Shown in pieces: positions 53,717-62,097 of a stretch of 64,000 bases of DNA. This DNA is from an uncultured Gammaproteobacteria bacterium (GTDB taxonomy: Bacteria; Patescibacteriota; Microgenomatia; UBA1406; HO2-37-13b): positions 67,765 through 131,764 of the forward strand of contig CAYQYZ010000002.1 in NCBI GenBank assembly GCA_964422025.1, given 5' to 3'. The position numbers and the translations under genes were made by a program. Position 1 is the first letter of the stretch. Each line of letters starts with the position of its first letter. The notes under the pieces are model-generated. The model was not told the origin of the DNA, ran no database searches, and saw only the letters and a list, made by a program, of their open reading frames with translations.

Positions 53717-54223
53717 CTATGTTGAAATCTCTTCAACCGATTCATTATACTGTCGGGCCAACATAAAAAACAAGTCTGAAAGACGGTTGATATATTGGAG
53801 AATTACTTCGTCGTCGATGCTCAGGGCAACGATGGATCTTTCGGCTCTGCGCGAGATAGCACGAAGCACATGAAACCACGAAGAAACTTCGGTTCCTTGG
53901 GGCAAAATAAAGCGCGTTAATTTTGGAACACTGTCTTGGATTGTGTCGATACGCTCCTCGAGAGCCTGGACGTCGGGGAGAGTGACCATTTCTCCTTTTC
54001 GGGCTCCAACCAAATACCCCATGATTTTGTACAGGTTTGTTTGGATATCGGTTAAGAGCTGTTTATCCTGGTCACTATTAAGCTTTGAAATGACTAGACC
54101 GATAAAACTCTCAAGTTCATCAATCGTGCCACAGGCATTAATGGTAGGATCCGATTTGGAAACGCGCGTTTTACCAAATAAGCTCGTTTCGCCTTTGTCT
54201 CCTGTTTTAGTATAGATTGACAT
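53717..54223 (-). CDS. pduO: ATP:cob(I)alamin adenosyltransferase, PduO type
   Basis: 168 aa. IYTKTGDKGETSLFGKTRVSKSDPTINACGTIDEL is a hallmark N-terminus. Confidence 0.9.
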   Translation of the reverse strand: MSIYTKTGDKGETSLFGKTRVSKSDPTINACGTIDELESFIGLVISKLNSDQDKQLLTDIQTNLYKIMGYLVGARKGEMVTLPDVQALEERIDTIQDSVPKLTRFILPQGTEVSSWFHVLRAISRRAERSIVALSIDDEVILQYINRLSDLFFMLARQYNESVEEIST

Positions 54224-54224
54224 A

Positions 54225-56663
54225 TCAGCACGCGCTGAATCCGCAACTGTAGCACTTCTTACACCCTTCTTCGTGTACTAGGGATGCTGCTCCACAGTCA
54301 GGGCAAATATCAAAATGTGTGGAACGCGACACGGTTGATGATACTGCATGAGATGCGGTAGTAGATGCAGCTCGAGCCATTGCGTCGGCAATTGTTTCTT
54401 GCTGGGCTTTCGCCTCTACGTCTTGTTCAAGAGCTTGAAGCTCGGGCGCATTAGCTCCATTCCCATTGAGCGCTGGTTGTTCCACAAGTTGACTACTATT
54501 AAGCTGATAATGCATGGAAAGCACTTTAGCAACTGCATCGGGCAGGCTTCGAACACGTTCTTTTCCAAATCCGACTGCGCTGCTACCGCCAATATTGGAC
54601 AGTACTCTAATAATATTGCTAATTTTGTCTTCGGGCGACAAATTGGTTGAAAGGCGCAGGACCAAAGAAATCATTCGGCCCAAGCCTTCGGCCATAGCCG
54701 CAACATCGGTTCCTGCTTTTCCAACATTAATAAACACTTCCATAGGAGTTTGCCCGCCATTAGTGTTTACGGTTACATATGCTTTACCAACAGGCGTGTT
54801 GACTTTGTATGTAGCTCCGTGAACAACCATTGGACGAGGTTTAACGGCATATTGGAAAACTGGTTTTTCAACCACTTCCTCTTTTTTCTCCTCGATACGT
54901 TCAAGCACTCCTTGGCGAGAGCCTTCTCGCATGTAAGCAATACCTTTAAGACCGTGATCGTATGCAAGCGTGTACAAACGCTTCACGTCTTCAACAGTAT
55001 GTGTCGTGGGTGCATTCACCGTTTTGGAAATAGAAGCGTCAACATACTTTTGAATGGCCGCCTGCACCATAACGTGGTCTTCAGGCGAAAGATCGTTGGC
55101 TGATACGAACCACTCAGGGCGCTTAAGCTCTCCGCTCGTTATTTCCGCTTCGTGTTTTGAATACCATTCATTGTATAAATGGTGACGAATAACGTCTTTA
55201 CCAAGACGGCTGTACCGATTAAATTCAAATTCGTATACCGGCTCTATTCCCGATGTTGCATCGGCCAAAAGTGCCGTGGTCCCGGTTGGGGCTTGCATAA
55301 GCAACACAGAGTTTCTGATTCCGTTGTCGCGGATGTCATTTACTAAGTCGGTTGGTAATTGTTTCACGAATCCTCCGGCCGGATATAATTTTTTGTCAAA
55401 CATTTTGAAGCTTCCTTTTTCTTTGGCAATTTCCATAGAAGCCCTGTAAGCCTCATCGCGAATTGTTCGATAAATTTGTTCAATTACCGGAAGCGATTCT
55501 GGGGAACCGTAGCGCAAATGCATTTTAATTAACGCGTCTCCCAGTCCCATGGTTCCGAGCCCAATGCGGCGTTCGCCTTCAAGTTGGGTTTTTCGAATTC
55601 CCTCAAAAACGTATGGATCCATGTCGACTACATTATCTTGGAATCGGACCGCCGTATGAACAACTTCTTTTAATTGCTCGTAGTCAAATTCGCCCGGGGA
55701 GTCAATATCATTTCCCTTGACTAGAGCCGAAAGATTGATCGAACCCAAGTTACATACACCCCATTCTGGCAACCCTTCTTCGCCACAGGGATTTACGCAA
55801 ATAATACGATTCCAGTAATAATTGTTATGGAGTTTGTTGTAACGTTCCATGAAAACCACTCCAGGTTCTGCACTGCGCCATGCAGCATCAGCAATAAGAT
55901 CCCAGATCTTTTGGGCTTTTACCACTTTGTGAACAATGACTTTTTTGCCCAATTTTTTCCAGGCCTCTAAGTCCCCGTTCCATTTTTCGTCATATTCTGG
56001 GTCTGTTTTATCGGGAAAAACCAATGGCCAATCGGCATCGGCTTTGACTGCTTCCATGAAACTATCAGAAATGCAAAGCGAAAGGTTGGCGCCATTAATA
56101 CGTGTTAAGTCTTGTTTAACGGTGATGAATTCCTCAATGTCAGGATGCCAGTCCCATAACATAAGCATCAGAGCTCCGCGACGGCTTCCTCCTTGTTGAA
56201 TAATATCTTTGGTAGCAACGGAGAAAAGCTCGGCCCAGTTACACGGACCCGACGAAAATCCATTCACTTTTTTAACCCGTTCTCCACGGGGACGAAGTGA
56301 GGATAAATTAATCCCCACTCCTCCGCCATGGGCCATGATTTCAATCATTTGCTTTAGAGTGTCAATAATGCCTCCGCGGGCGTCTTTGGGGCTAGGGATA
56401 ACGAAACAGTTGTAATAGGTCACAGAATATCCGGTACCTGCTCCGGCAAGAATTCTCCCACCCGGAACATACTTAAAGTCTTCCATGATGCTGTAGAATT
56501 TTTCTTCCCAATTTTTTCTCTTTTTACCAACCTCTACCTGCGCTACTGCACCAGCAACCCGGCGCCACATTTCTTCAGGAGTTTTTTCTATAGGAGATCC
56601 TTCTTTATTTTTAACTGAGTACCGATCTAAAAAAACCTTGTTTCGAATTCCGGTTAAGTTCAT
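54225..56663 (-). CDS. nrdJ: Adenosylcobalamin-dependent ribonucleotide reductase (class II)
   Basis: 812 aa. VCNLGSINLS and NPCGE motifs, and the C-terminal Cys tail CPDCG..CKKCYSCGFSAC. Confidence 0.92.
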   Translation of the reverse strand: MNLTGIRNKVFLDRYSVKNKEGSPIEKTPEEMWRRVAGAVAQVEVGKKRKNWEEKFYSIMEDFKYVPGGRILAGAGTGYSVTYYNCFVIPSPKDARGGIIDTLKQMIEIMAHGGGVGINLSSLRPRGERVKKVNGFSSGPCNWAELFSVATKDIIQQGGSRRGALMLMLWDWHPDIEEFITVKQDLTRINGANLSLCISDSFMEAVKADADWPLVFPDKTDPEYDEKWNGDLEAWKKLGKKVIVHKVVKAQKIWDLIADAAWRSAEPGVVFMERYNKLHNNYYWNRIICVNPCGEEGLPEWGVCNLGSINLSALVKGNDIDSPGEFDYEQLKEVVHTAVRFQDNVVDMDPYVFEGIRKTQLEGERRIGLGTMGLGDALIKMHLRYGSPESLPVIEQIYRTIRDEAYRASMEIAKEKGSFKMFDKKLYPAGGFVKQLPTDLVNDIRDNGIRNSVLLMQAPTGTTALLADATSGIEPVYEFEFNRYSRLGKDVIRHHLYNEWYSKHEAEITSGELKRPEWFVSANDLSPEDHVMVQAAIQKYVDASISKTVNAPTTHTVEDVKRLYTLAYDHGLKGIAYMREGSRQGVLERIEEKKEEVVEKPVFQYAVKPRPMVVHGATYKVNTPVGKAYVTVNTNGGQTPMEVFINVGKAGTDVAAMAEGLGRMISLVLRLSTNLSPEDKISNIIRVLSNIGGSSAVGFGKERVRSLPDAVAKVLSMHYQLNSSQLVEQPALNGNGANAPELQALEQDVEAKAQQETIADAMARAASTTASHAVSSTVSRSTHFDICPDCGAASLVHEEGCKKCYSCGFSAC

Positions 56664-56684
56664 GGTGCTATTTGGTTGGTAAAT

Positions 56685-57131
56685 TTATAATAATTTTTTT
56701 ATTTCTCTTTCAAAATCTTGTACATCTAGAAATCTCCAGAACACTGATGCAAACCGAATGTACGCAATCTTATCAATTTTTTTAAGCTTTTTGGCAGCAA
56801 GTTTTCCAATACTACTGCTTGAAACTTCGGTCGATTCGGCTTGCTTTAAATCTGTTTCTATTCGCGACACAATGTCTTCGATTTGTTCTTGTGTTACTGG
56901 CGTTTTTTCAACCGACTTTACAATTCCTTGACGTAATTTATTTCGGTCAAATCGTTCACGTTTTCCGTCGCGCTTTATTACTATTATTGGTAGCTCTTCT
57001 ACCCTTTCGTATGTAGTAAAACGTTTTTCACAACTGGTGCACGCTCGACGACGACGAATCGTGGCTCCTTCATTTGATATTCGTGTTTCGACTACGTCGG
57101 TGTTATCGTTCCGGCAAAAAATACAGTGCAT
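56685..57131 (-). CDS. nrdR: Transcriptional repressor NrdR
   Basis: 148 aa. N-terminal zinc ribbon (CIFC..CTSC) plus an ATP-cone. Confidence 0.92.
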   Translation of the reverse strand: MHCIFCRNDNTDVVETRISNEGATIRRRRACTSCEKRFTTYERVEELPIIVIKRDGKRERFDRNKLRQGIVKSVEKTPVTQEQIEDIVSRIETDLKQAESTEVSSSSIGKLAAKKLKKIDKIAYIRFASVFWRFLDVQDFEREIKKLL

Positions 57132-57147
57132 ACATTTCGTTGTGAAA

Positions 57148-57163
57148 ATACTTTATCTAGTGT
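57148..57163 (-). promoter_or_regulatory. NrdR-box-like operator (ACACTAGATAAAGTAT)
   Basis: 13 of 16 positions match the acaCwAtATaTwGtgt consensus as I recall it. Sits just downstream of the -10 of the nrdR promoter. A half-site-like second element lies at 57170-57185. Confidence 0.45.
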
Positions 57164-57171
57164 CAAGTAAC

Positions 57172-57200
57172 ACTTTATTACACTAATTAGCCCCTGTCAA
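57172..57200 (-). promoter_or_regulatory. Promoter of the nrdR-nrdJ-pduO operon: TTGACA-17-TAAAGT
   Basis: The minus strand reads TTGACAggggctaattagtgtaaTAAAGT. Confidence 0.45.
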
Positions 57201-57354
57201 CCGATCGAATTGTCATGAAACTATATCAGGTGATTTTGGGTGTGCCTGGAAGCAAAGATAATAGAATTTTTGAGTAATTTCCCTGGAAAAATTTGTACAG
57301 TTTGATCGAATTTCTTCAATTGACAATGCCGGTACAATTGGAGAAAATGAAAGT

Positions 57355-57846
57355 ATGTATTCAAATCCACAAACCATCTTTTCATGGGAAGCACCACTGC
57401 GGGCGTATAAAAAAGAATCAAAAGGGGTGTTGCGATTTTATTTAGCGCTAGCCCTATTACTCTCGCTCATCGTGTTTTTCTGGGGGGAGAAGATATTGGT
57501 GTTGCCGATCTGGGCAATGTTGTTTTTATTCTATACGCTTACCATCACAAAGCCACCAGCAGTGAAAAACAGCATTACAAAATTTGGGCTACAGGCAGAT
57601 AGTAAGACGTTTCGGTTTGATCACCTGTCGCACTTTTATATAACGAAACAATTTGATTACTATATGTTGGTGGTGGTCTCACATCCCCCATTGTCATATC
57701 ATATATATTTCGTGGTGCCTGATGAAGAAGTTCGAGATCGAGTCATTGAGATTTTATCGGATTATTTAGTGTACCAAGAACATCCTCGGCGAACATTTAC
57801 TGATAAGATGATTGGGGCTTTATCGAGCCTCATGCCCAACGAGTGA
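57355..57846 (+). CDS. Hypothetical membrane protein
   Basis: 163 aa with two TM helices near the N-terminus. No motif recognised. Confidence 0.55.
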   Translation: MYSNPQTIFSWEAPLRAYKKESKGVLRFYLALALLLSLIVFFWGEKILVLPIWAMLFLFYTLTITKPPAVKNSITKFGLQADSKTFRFDHLSHFYITKQFDYYMLVVVSHPPLSYHIYFVVPDEEVRDRVIEILSDYLVYQEHPRRTFTDKMIGALSSLMPNE

Positions 57847-58458
57847 GAGCTTGTTAAGGAGCAATTCTGCAGGAACTTCTTTGACGCCAAACATTCTTCC
57901 CCATCGAAGTACACCTTCATCAGCTGAAACCAGGTAACCATCGAGTTCTTTAGCGAGAACAATAAGGTCAAGGTCAGCAACGCTGTCAAGGAAATTGAAA
58001 CGGGTCGCTTGACGATAACGATCTCGGAGCTTGGTGATAACATCGCCCAGTCCTTTTTGATATTCAATTTTATTTTCAAATGTTTTACTTGACATGAGCT
58101 GAGCTCCAGCCTCAACTTGTTCTTGGGCTACTGTTAGGCCCCGATATGAACGTGTACGGATTTCGTCTACCATGGTGTAAAAAATAGTCGCTGGGAACTC
58201 GACTTTGGAAACATCGGGAGATTTGATGGTTATATGTGTAAGGAGAGTCTTAATGTCTTCTTCGCTTGCAGTATTACTGGTAAATTCACTTGTTTCACGA
58301 GCTACGCTTGCTGGCATAAAAAATTCAACTTTTTTTTCGGCTTTTAGTTTCTTGGCAAGCTCGATGAAGTTGGTAATAACATCATGCGCATTGCTGCCAA
58401 ATCCGGTTTTTACTTCAAGGTTGAAGAAAAAGTTAGTATCGATAATGTAGGAATCCAT
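57820..58458 (-). CDS. PIN-domain protein resembling HARP (protein-only, RNA-free RNase P; UPF0278 family)
   Basis: 212 aa. IIDTNFFFN, EFFMPASVARE and RYRQATR..LDSVADLDLIVLAKELDGYLVSADEGV follow the pattern I recall for Aquifex Aq_880 homologs. Confidence 0.5.
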   Translation of the reverse strand: MDSYIIDTNFFFNLEVKTGFGSNAHDVITNFIELAKKLKAEKKVEFFMPASVARETSEFTSNTASEEDIKTLLTHITIKSPDVSKVEFPATIFYTMVDEIRTRSYRGLTVAQEQVEAGAQLMSSKTFENKIEYQKGLGDVITKLRDRYRQATRFNFLDSVADLDLIVLAKELDGYLVSADEGVLRWGRMFGVKEVPAELLLNKLSLVGHEAR

Positions 58459-58481
58459 GAGAGTATTATACAGTAGTTTTG

Positions 58482-58525
58482 ATAACCTAAGAGGTTAGTA
58501 GTGCCTGTTCAACCTCTTAGGTTGG
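58482..58525. repeat. Family D repeat
   Basis: ataacctaagaggttagtagtgcctgttcaacctcttaggttgg. Confidence 0.85.
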
Positions 58526-58526
58526 A

Positions 58527-59447
58527 TTAAAAGAGATAGATGAGACCGATCACAATCGCTCCCCACAGAGCAATAGCGGCAATAAGTGGTTTGTCTTTCG
58601 TAATAATAGTTTCAGGCGATTCTCCTTGTTCTTTCTCGTAAAGAAGTTGTGCATATCGTGCAATTCCATATACTACGATTGGAACCGTTACCATAATCCA
58701 TTTACGGGCTTCGAACGAGGGAAATAGCGAGCCAAAATAAACAGTAATTGGAGTTGAAATAACAGGAGGCTTCTCGAGGAAGGTATAGAGCGAATATGAG
58801 GTAATGGTGAGCGTTGCAAAGGTAGTGGTAAGAAAGTTGATTAAATGCTCTTTATACCGATATAAAGATGAGCGCGTTTGGGTTCCATGAGCCACAAGCT
58901 CAGCGTGACGTTTAACGGTGGCGATAAACAATGATATGAAAAATACGGTTAAAAGAAGCCATATTTGAATATGGTAGCCGGTAATAATGGACCCTGCAAA
59001 TGCGCGCAACATAAATGAGAATGAAATGGTGAAAATATCGAGCACCGGGTGCATTTTGAAATAGAGCGAATAAAAAAAGTGTAGTAGTAGAAAAGCAAAG
59101 GCAACAAAGAAAAATGGAATTGAGAAAAAAAGCGATGCGATTAAAACAACCAAAGATGCGGCAAAAATTACAAATGTAGCGTCAGGAACGGTTAATTCCC
59201 CCGAAGCAATAGGACGGAACTTTTTGGATGGGTGCTTTCGATCAAACGGGTAATCAATAATATCGTTAAGAATGTATGAGACAGAAGATAGTAGGCAAAA
59301 AAGCCCAAACCCAATAAGTGATTTTATAAACAGATCTCCGTTAAATAATTGCCCCGAGAAAATAAGCGAAGTAAAAATAATGAGGTTTTTGAGCCATTGA
59401 TTGGGTCGCGCCGCGCGATATACCGCTTTCAATTTCACAAGATTCAT
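58527..59447 (-). CDS. UbiA-family prenyltransferase (decaprenyl-phosphate phosphoribosyltransferase-like)
   Basis: 306 aa, polytopic. NDIIDYPFDRKHPSKKFRPIASG motif. Confidence 0.85.
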   Translation of the reverse strand: MNLVKLKAVYRAARPNQWLKNLIIFTSLIFSGQLFNGDLFIKSLIGFGLFCLLSSVSYILNDIIDYPFDRKHPSKKFRPIASGELTVPDATFVIFAASLVVLIASLFFSIPFFFVAFAFLLLHFFYSLYFKMHPVLDIFTISFSFMLRAFAGSIITGYHIQIWLLLTVFFISLFIATVKRHAELVAHGTQTRSSLYRYKEHLINFLTTTFATLTITSYSLYTFLEKPPVISTPITVYFGSLFPSFEARKWIMVTVPIVVYGIARYAQLLYEKEQGESPETIITKDKPLIAAIALWGAIVIGLIYLF

Positions 59448-59466
59448 ACAGAAATTATATCACAGA

Positions 59467-59522
59467 CAACCTCTTAGGTTAGTAGTGCGTGTTCTCCGCC
59501 GACTGGCGGACTCTTAGGTTGG
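59467..59522. repeat. Family D repeat with an embedded TCCGCCGACTGGCGGA hairpin
   Basis: caacctcttaggttagtagtgcgtgttctccgccgactggcggactcttaggttgg. Confidence 0.85.
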
Positions 59523-59525
59523 TAA

Positions 59526-60101
59526 TTAGAAAGGCAACGTCATACTAATATCATTCTTTGCTTTGCTTTGCATAACGCTTTTCCAATTGACCCGAATAGT
59601 TGCTTTTCCCGCGTGATTAAGATAGTAGATTTCCCCGTGTTCAACTCCATAGTCAAATAATAATCGAGTAATATTCACATCCCCCTCACAGTATTGACGT
59701 AGCTCCTCAATCTTTCCTTCTTTATACAATTCAATCGCATGCAGCCCGTGTCCACTTTTCTTTAAATCAAGCGTTGCCCCAACAACATCATTAAGCGCAA
59801 GTCGATGACCTAATTTTTCTTTAATATCGTCCAAAATATCAAATGTCTTGAATTGCTCAACATTCCCTGGGTAATACGCCTGCAAAACGGGTAAATCAAA
59901 ACTTACAATATTAAATCCAATGATAAATGAAGCTTGCTCGAGCTTTTTATATAATTCCCCCAGCTCACTTTCTAAATAACTATGCATCGTAGCCGTAGAG
60001 TAATCGTACAGGGAAGCAATCGAGATTCCTAGTTTTTTATGGTCAGAAAAATCGCGAAACGTATATTTTGTTTCTAAATCAAGAACGACGGGGTGATTCA
60101 T
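59526..60101 (-). CDS. RNase H-fold 3'-5' exonuclease-like protein (YprB/PolB-exo-like)
   Basis: 191 aa. VLDLET (DxE), GFNIVSFD and YCEGD (YxxxD) motifs. Confidence 0.6.
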   Translation of the reverse strand: MNHPVVLDLETKYTFRDFSDHKKLGISIASLYDYSTATMHSYLESELGELYKKLEQASFIIGFNIVSFDLPVLQAYYPGNVEQFKTFDILDDIKEKLGHRLALNDVVGATLDLKKSGHGLHAIELYKEGKIEELRQYCEGDVNITRLLFDYGVEHGEIYYLNHAGKATIRVNWKSVMQSKAKNDISMTLPF

Positions 60102-60104
60102 ACG

Positions 60105-60494
60105 TTAGTTGACTAGTTTGGAGTCGACATCGTCGCGGTTGAAAACCTCGAGTTTGACGGTACGAGAGGTTAGAGAATTGTCGGATTCGGGTTCGTAGCG
60201 CCATTGGGTGCGAGAATCAAGATATGAAAAAAAGTGTTCGGCTTCTGCATCATCAAGAATTTCAGTGGCTTCACGAGCAATTTGCTCGATTTTTGTAATT
60301 TTCCACAGCGACTGAATGAATTGGCCTTCGTCGTGGTTCAAGCTAAAAAGATCACCTTCGACTGACCGAATTTTAACATTGGTCATTTTTATGTCGTCGA
60401 TCATAGCTTTATGGCCAGGCTGGGTAAGATCGAGAGCTTGTACGCGTTCGATAAGCGCAATTGCTTTTTGAGTTTTTTGGGAAACTGAATTCAT
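60105..60494 (-). CDS. Hypothetical protein
   Basis: Start set at internal ATG 60494 (MNSVSQK). No motif recognised. Confidence 0.5.
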   Translation of the reverse strand: MNSVSQKTQKAIALIERVQALDLTQPGHKAMIDDIKMTNVKIRSVEGDLFSLNHDEGQFIQSLWKITKIEQIAREATEILDDAEAEHFFSYLDSRTQWRYEPESDNSLTSRTVKLEVFNRDDVDSKLVN

Positions 60495-60512
60495 GGTATA
60501 ATCAACTATACA

Positions 60513-60953
60513 ATGCTCACCACAAAAATTCAAGAAGACCAGCTCGCTGCCTTAAAGGCAAAAGATGAATCCACACTCACAACCCTACGTTTATTGAGCG
60601 CAGAACTGAAAAATAAACAAATTGATGCGGGTCACGAACTCTCAGACGAGGAAGCAATGGGAGTAATTCGAAAACAAGTAAAACAATTAAATGACGCCAA
60701 AGAAATGTTTGAAAAAGGCGGACGGTCCGATTTAGTAGCTGAAAACGAAGCGCAAATCGCTATACTCTCTAAATACCTCCCTACTGAAATAGGAGATGAA
60801 GATTTACGATCACGTATGACTGAACTTCTCACAACACATGCAACAATACGAGAACAAAATCCCAACGCATTATTTGGCATTGCAATAAAAGAGCTAAAAG
60901 ACGTGGCCGATCCAAGTAGAATAACACGGATGCTCAAGGAGCTTACTGCATAA
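60513..60953 (+). CDS. GatB/YqeY-domain protein
   Basis: 146 aa. I..DQLAALKAKDESTLTTLRLLSAELKN is a typical YqeY N-terminus. Confidence 0.8.
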   Translation: MLTTKIQEDQLAALKAKDESTLTTLRLLSAELKNKQIDAGHELSDEEAMGVIRKQVKQLNDAKEMFEKGGRSDLVAENEAQIAILSKYLPTEIGDEDLRSRMTELLTTHATIREQNPNALFGIAIKELKDVADPSRITRMLKELTA

Positions 60954-60963
60954 AAATCCTCCA

Positions 60964-60992
60964 TTGACAAACCCCTCATAGTATCGTACGAT
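60964..60992 (+). promoter_or_regulatory. Sigma70-like promoter TTGACA-17-TACGAT, 9 nt before ATG 61002
   Basis: ttgacaaacccctcatagtatcgtacgat. Confidence 0.5.
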
Positions 60993-61001
60993 GTTCTCGC
61001 T

Positions 61002-62051
61002 ATGAACGTTCGTCCGTTGGGATTAACCTTTGACGATGTCTTACTGGTTCCACAAAAAAGCTCACTTGCTTCTCGAGCCGATGTTATTTTAGATACCCAA
61101 TTAACCCCTTCTGTTTCGCTCCATATCCCGCTTGTTTCTTCCAATATGGATACGGTCACGGAGAGTGCTATGGCAATTCAAATGGCGCATATGGGGGGCA
61201 TTGGAATTATTCACCGTTTTTTAACTATTGAAAGACAGGTCGAAGAAGTTTCTTTGGTAAAATCACTCGACCTACTCGTAGGTGGAGCCATAGGAATAAA
61301 AGACGATTGTTTCGATAGAGCAGCAGCACTCATTAATGCTGGTTGCGATGTCCTTGTTATCGATATTGCCCATGGCCACAGCACGCATTTGCTCAAAATC
61401 CTTACACAATTAAAAAAACGCTTTAAAAAAACAGATATTATTGCAGGGAATATCGCAACCGCACAGGCTGCAAAAGACTTAATCAATGGCGGAGCCTCTG
61501 CTTTGAAAGTTGGAATTGGTCCTGGTGCTATGTGTTCGACTCGAATAGTTGCTGGGGCTGGAGTTCCACAACTTACCGCAATTGCCGACTGTGCAAAAAT
61601 AGCTCAAAAATTTAACGTCCCTATTATTGCCGATGGTGGGGTCCGTTATTCGAGCGACATTGTTAAATCGCTTGCTGCTGGCGCTTCAACCGTAATGATT
61701 GGAACTTTGCTGGCCGGGTGCAAAGAAAGTCCAAGTGCGGCCTTTTTTCAAAATGGAGAAAAATTCAAACTTGTTCGAGGAATGGCTTCTTTACAAGCAA
61801 GTCAGGATAGAAAAAAAACAACAAACGATATTGCCCATAAAGATCTAAATACGTATACTGCCGAAGGAATTTCAGCAATTGTCCGTTACAAAGGAACGGT
61901 CGAAGATGTGCTTCATCAACTTCTTGGAGGTGTGCGGTCAGGATTTTCATATGCCGGAGCTTCCACACTCGAACAACTGTGGAAAAAGGCAGAATTTATT
62001 CAAATCTCTCGAAATGGATTGGTTGAATCGCACCCACGCCCAAACAATTAG
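61002..62051 (+). CDS. IMP dehydrogenase / GMP reductase family protein lacking a CBS subdomain
   Basis: 349 aa. GLTFDDVLLVPQ, GIGPGAMCSTR (catalytic Cys loop) and IADGGVRYS motifs. Confidence 0.85.
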   Translation: MNVRPLGLTFDDVLLVPQKSSLASRADVILDTQLTPSVSLHIPLVSSNMDTVTESAMAIQMAHMGGIGIIHRFLTIERQVEEVSLVKSLDLLVGGAIGIKDDCFDRAAALINAGCDVLVIDIAHGHSTHLLKILTQLKKRFKKTDIIAGNIATAQAAKDLINGGASALKVGIGPGAMCSTRIVAGAGVPQLTAIADCAKIAQKFNVPIIADGGVRYSSDIVKSLAAGASTVMIGTLLAGCKESPSAAFFQNGEKFKLVRGMASLQASQDRKKTTNDIAHKDLNTYTAEGISAIVRYKGTVEDVLHQLLGGVRSGFSYAGASTLEQLWKKAEFIQISRNGLVESHPRPNN

Positions 62052-62097
62052 TTTCCCTCTCTCCTTCTCCTCCTCTCTCCTACGGTATAATAGCTTC

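Noticed and set aside
57170-57185. Second full NrdR box
   Set aside because: Only the GTGT-proximal half matches the consensus (about 8-9 of 16 positions). It is mentioned as a possible half-site, not called as a feature.
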